This document shows, piece by piece, positions 63,190 through 64,000 of a stretch of DNA of 64,000 bases. Each line of letters begins with the position of its first letter. Position 1 is the stretch's first letter. Source of the DNA: Hypanus sabinus (taxonomy: Eukaryota); NCBI RefSeq assembly GCF_030144855.1, contig NC_082719.1, forward strand, positions 49,476,001 to 49,540,000. The letters are read 5' to 3'. The position numbers and the translations under genes were made by a program. The notes under the pieces were generated by a model that saw only the letters and a list, made by a program, of their open reading frames with translations, did not search any database and was not told the DNA's origin.

Positions 63190-64000
63190 GATCAGAATCA
63201 GAATCAGGTTTATTATCACTGGCATGTGACGTGAAATTTGTTAACTTAGCAGCAGCAGTTCAATGCAATACATAATCTAGCAGAGGGAGAAATAAAATAA
63301 ATAAAATAAAACATAACAATAAATAAACTAGCAAATCAATTATGTATATTGAATAGATTTTTTTTAATGTGCAACGTGAGGTAGTGTACAAAACTTCAAT
63401 GTCCATTTAGGAATCAGATGGCAGAGGGGAAGAAGCTGTTCCTGAATCACTGAGTGTGTGCCTTCAGGCTTCTGTATCTCCTACCTAATGGTAACAGTGA
63501 GAAGAGGGTATGCGCTGGATGCTGGAGATCCTGAATAATGGATGCTGCCTTTATGAGATACCACTGCCAAAAGATGTCCTGGATACTTTGTAGGCTGGTG
63601 CCCAAGATGGATCTGACTAGATTTACAACCTTCTGCAGTTTCTTTCGGTCCTGTGTAGTAGCCCCTCCATACCAGACAGTGATGCAGCCTGTCAGAATGC
63701 TCTCCACAGTACAGTTATAGAAGTTTTTGAGTGTATTGTTGACATGCCAAATCTCTTCAAACTCCTAATAAAGTATAGCCGCTGTCTTGCCTTCTTCATG
63801 GTTACATTAATATGTTGGGACCAGGTTAGATCCTCAGAGATCTTGACACCCAGGAACTTGAAGCTGCTCACTCCGTCCACTTCTGATCCCTCTATGCGGA
63901 TTGGTATGTGCTCCTTCGTCTTACCCTTCCTGAAGTCCACAATCAGCTCTTTCGTCTTACTGACATTGGATGCCAGGTTGAGTGCGGCACCACTGCACTA
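63190..64000 (-). mobile_element. Rex1/Babar LINE 3' part (runs off window)
   Basis: (GAATCA)n tail; FKFLGVKISEDLTWSQH..KKARQRLYFIRSLKRFG; ESILTGCITVWYG. Confidence 0.92.

Noticed and set aside
1-64000. CRISPR arrays, rRNA or prokaryotic operons
   Set aside because: No regularly spaced repeats or rRNA motifs; the sequence is vertebrate intronic and intergenic DNA.

Overview
Eukaryotic, AT-rich, repeat-dense genomic DNA. The repeat set (CR1, Rex1/Babar, Penelope-type ends, V-SINE-like SINEs, Tc1, pogo/Tigger, Gypsy) best fits a cartilaginous fish such as a ray or shark (inference). One host gene is visible on the minus strand and the ORF track misses it. It has a CpG-island promoter and a non-coding exon 1 (to 53693), a signal-peptide exon (53036-52947), a ~34 kb intron, and two tiny exons (18862-18838, 25 nt; 18349-18310, 40 nt). 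These splice in frame to MKRILTMNKFLPSALISLVLVVSWLAGVLDWDPCQGYSFQQTPLDIPL..., and the gene continues off the left edge. I could not identify it. Most other ORFs are decayed transposon fragments. The standout is a two-LTR Gypsy element (10162-12890, 5-bp TSD) whose RT/RNaseH/integrase core is replaced by an intronless internal fragment of host RBM25 mRNA (RRM domain), i.e. apparent LTR-mediated cDNA capture. Also present: Penelope-type ends carrying minimal hammerhead-ribozyme motifs and fold-back hairpins, a three-level nested insertion, a sushi-like chromovirus, a solo LTR, an IR/DR Tc1, an internally deleted Tigger, and a CpG-rich non-autonomous retroelement. No rRNA, tRNA genes or CRISPR arrays were seen. 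Repeat boundaries are by eye unless a TSD or TIR is quoted.
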